Positions 61,126 to 64,000 of a stretch of DNA of 64,000 nt are shown piece by piece; within the stretch, counting starts at the first letter, position 1, and each line of letters begins with the position of its first letter. Made by a program: the position numbers and the translations under genes. Source of the stretch: Octopus sinensis (lineage: Eukaryota); contig NC_043003.1 in assembly GCF_006345805.1 (NCBI RefSeq), positions 13,516,001 to 13,580,000 on the forward strand, in the 5' to 3' direction. The notes beneath the pieces are model-generated. The model made no database searches. It saw nothing but the letters and a program-made list of their open reading frames with translations, and had not been told where the DNA came from.

Positions 61126-61297
61126 GCCAAATACATGAGCTGTAGTACTAATTGTAGCTAGTCTACTACCACAGAAGTTATATCATTAATACAGGAGTAA
61201 AAAAAAATATCATGGATATCTAGGAAGGAGTTGATGAGGATATAAATTTTAACAGAGAATAATCATGGAATTAGGCAAACCAAATAAATACAGATAC

Positions 61298-61822
61298 TCT
61301 TTTACTTGTTTCAGTCATTTGACTGTGGCCATGCTGGGGCACCACCTTTAGTCGAGCAAATCGACCCCAGGACTTATTCTTTGTAAGCCTAGTGCTTATT
61401 CTATCGGCCTCTTTTGCCAAACTGCTAAGTTACGGGAACGTAAACACACCAGCATCGGTTGTCAATCGATTTTGGGGGGACAAACATATACGCACACATG
61501 TATGTATATCTATATCTATATATATATATCTGGCACGTAAAAAGCATCCACTACAGTCATGGAGTGGTTGGCGTTAGGAAGGGCATCCAGCTGTAGAAAC
61601 ACTGCCAGATCAGACTGGAGCCTGGTGCAGCCTCCTGGCTTCCCAGACCCCAGTCGAACTGTCCAACTCATGCTAGCATGGAAAACGGACGTTAAACGAT
61701 GATGATGATGATGATGATATACACACACACACACACATATACGACGGGCTTCTTTCAGTTTTTCCGCCTACCAAATCCACTCACAAGGCTTTGGTTGGCC
61801 CGAGGCTATAGTAGAAGACACC
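61298..61822 (-). mobile_element. Family D SINE interrupted in its internal microsatellite by a plus-strand family B insertion (61531-61718)
   Basis: The D halves are colinear on either side of the B copy, which ends in (GAT)7. Confidence 0.85.
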
Positions 61823-63022
61823 TCAACTTTTAAAGGATAGAGTTGCTGTTTAGGGTAGACATGGCCCAAACAAGAATAGGTAGACTGGTAAAGTTGTTAG
61901 AGTGTTGGATAAAGTGGATTGGCTTCTGAAGCTCTGAGTTCAAATCCTGCTGAGGTCAACTTAGCCCTTCAGTTTTTTCGAGTCTATAAAGAAAAGTACC
62001 AGTCATGTGGTGCTGAAGCAGTTCCCACCCCCACGCTTCCCTACTCCCCTCTCTCTCCAGGTGTCATATCCTGGATATTGTTAGGTTAGTCACTCAAGGG
62101 TGCAGAGCGGTGAGTGGGAGCTGTTAGTGAAAGCATGATATAAATTACCAAATTATCCTCGATTCTGAAGTGCTGGCTGCCGTTCAGTCAAAAAGAAACA
62201 AATATTTGATGGCACAAAAGACACATGGGCAAAACTAGATGCACCTAAATTATAGCAACACTTATCCAGGAGAGGGGAAAAAAACAACAACAAGATTTTA
62301 GAGCCTTAAATTATATAATATGGGACCAACCCTGCATGGAGGGCCTGGGTGAAATCTAAGCAGTTAAATTTCTTTTCTAGGTGGTGCTATATATATATAT
62401 ATATATAAAATGTATTGTTTATTTTTTATGTTTAGTTATAATAAAAACTAATTTTACATTAATCTGATGAGCTACTCCGATACTTTTGTTGAGTACAAAT
62501 TCATTGTTCTGAAACTTAACTTCGAAGTCCCTGACAACAAACATTCTTATTATAACATGCACAGAAACAAACTACATCACTTCTATCTTGTTTATATAAA
62601 TAACATAAACGACAGATATGCGCATACTTGTGCATATATGTATGATGCAACGCAAACATACAGCTACAGCTGCACAAAAAAAAATTGAAAACTGAAATTA
62701 GTAACTGATTTACTGTCAGTAAATTCTATATAACTGTTTAACTTCATGTTTCCAATAATTAATATGCCGATAATGAGAAATAATATGCCACAAACACTTA
62801 AAAGTTATTATATACAACTATGCAGTAAAATACATGGTAATGTTCAAAGAAATAGTGATAACACACTAGATTTTTAACAAATTCGGATCAAGTTTTCATA
62901 CTGTATAAACAGTGTGTTTCCATGCAATACACTCTAATCCAAATTTGCGAACATGATCAAAGGATTTCTGCCAATATAAACAATCACCATTTTCCAGGTA
63001 TTTTATATACATACATACATAC

Positions 63023-63076
<54 letters not shown>

Positions 63077-63122
63077 GTGTGTGTGTATGTATATAAAATA
63101 CCAGGAAAATATATATATATAT

Positions 63123-63165
<43 letters not shown>

Positions 63166-63184
63166 ATGTATATAAAATACCAGG

Positions 63185-63248
<64 letters not shown>

Positions 63249-63665
63249 CCTAACAGAGACTGTTTAAAAGGACTTCAAAAGACATTTAAATATATTTAGT
63301 TTATTTATCAAAATAGTTATACTAACATTGTTATAAATAAACAAATTTTGAATAATTTGAAGTTATAATATAAAATTTTCCCTCTGTTAAGTCTGGAAGT
63401 GAAAGAAACTTTTTACAATTTTTAAATAGCTCGGGTTATAAAATCCACTTCAATATTGTTTAGATAATTATTTATATTTTATTACAAATATGATAAAACA
63501 CATTCTTCAATGTTTCTGTTGTCACACGCGCGCGCGCGCACAGTGTAAAACATTTTTCTAGCCAACTGAGTTGTGTCCCTTGGCCTTATTGCTTTCTTAT
63601 CGCAGCACAAACTTGAAGAGATGACAAAATGATGCCAGTTCACATATTTGACCATATATATACTC

Positions 63666-64000
63666 TTTACTCTTTTACTTGTTTCAGTCATTTGACTGCG
63701 GCCATGCTGGAGCACCGCCTTTAGTCGGGACTTATTCTTTGTAAGCCCAGTACTTATTCTATCGGTCTTTTTTGCCGAACCGCTATGTTACGGGGACGTA
63801 AACACACCAGCATCGGACAAGCACAGACACACACACGCATATATATATACATATATACGACGGGCTTCTTTCAGTTTCCGTCTACCAAATCCACTCACAA
63901 GGCTTTGGTCGGCCCGAGGCTATGGTAGAAGACACTTGCCCGACTGAACCCGGAACCATGTGGTTGGTAAACAAGCTACTTACCACACAGCCACTCCTGC
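63666..64000 (-). mobile_element. Family D SINE, runs to the window edge
   Basis: Young copy with CpGs retained. Confidence 0.9.

Noticed and set aside
62461-62510. CTGATGA-GCTACTC...GAGTAC-AAATTC as another hammerhead
   Set aside because: Lacks G12 of GAAA, helix II has a deletion and no plausible helix III forms; at best a remote relic.

Overview
AT-rich, repeat-dense animal genomic DNA. The SINE, MITE and LINE families and the gene structure point to an octopod cephalopod (inference). One protein-coding gene is supported: a minus-strand BCL9/legless orthologue (Wnt/beta-catenin co-activator). It has three frame-consistent GT-AG coding exons (35796-35511, 17314-16830, 13580-9036; about 1742-1771 aa) with recognisable HD1, HD2, HD3 and a C-terminal HD6-like motif. 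It also has Q23 and an 11-aa tandem array (PPHGMSPQQG[I/M/L]). Its 5' end could not be located. The rest is introns and flanks filled with tRNA-derived SINEs, RTE-type 3' ends, piggyBac-like TTAA MITEs, a Helitron, CR1 and RLE (HERO-like) LINE remnants, a palindromic DD41D mariner relic and microsatellites. The most notable unannotated signal is a set of type-I hammerhead ribozyme motifs from at least four unrelated sequence contexts. One is structurally intact (2311-2411) inside a ~890-bp inverted duplication. Another is fused behind a tRNA-derived SINE head. Fold-back insertions with target-site duplications also occur. Together these suggest several Penelope-like, ribozyme-carrying retroelement families. 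All coordinates and alignments were read by eye; repeat boundaries are approximate unless a TSD is given.
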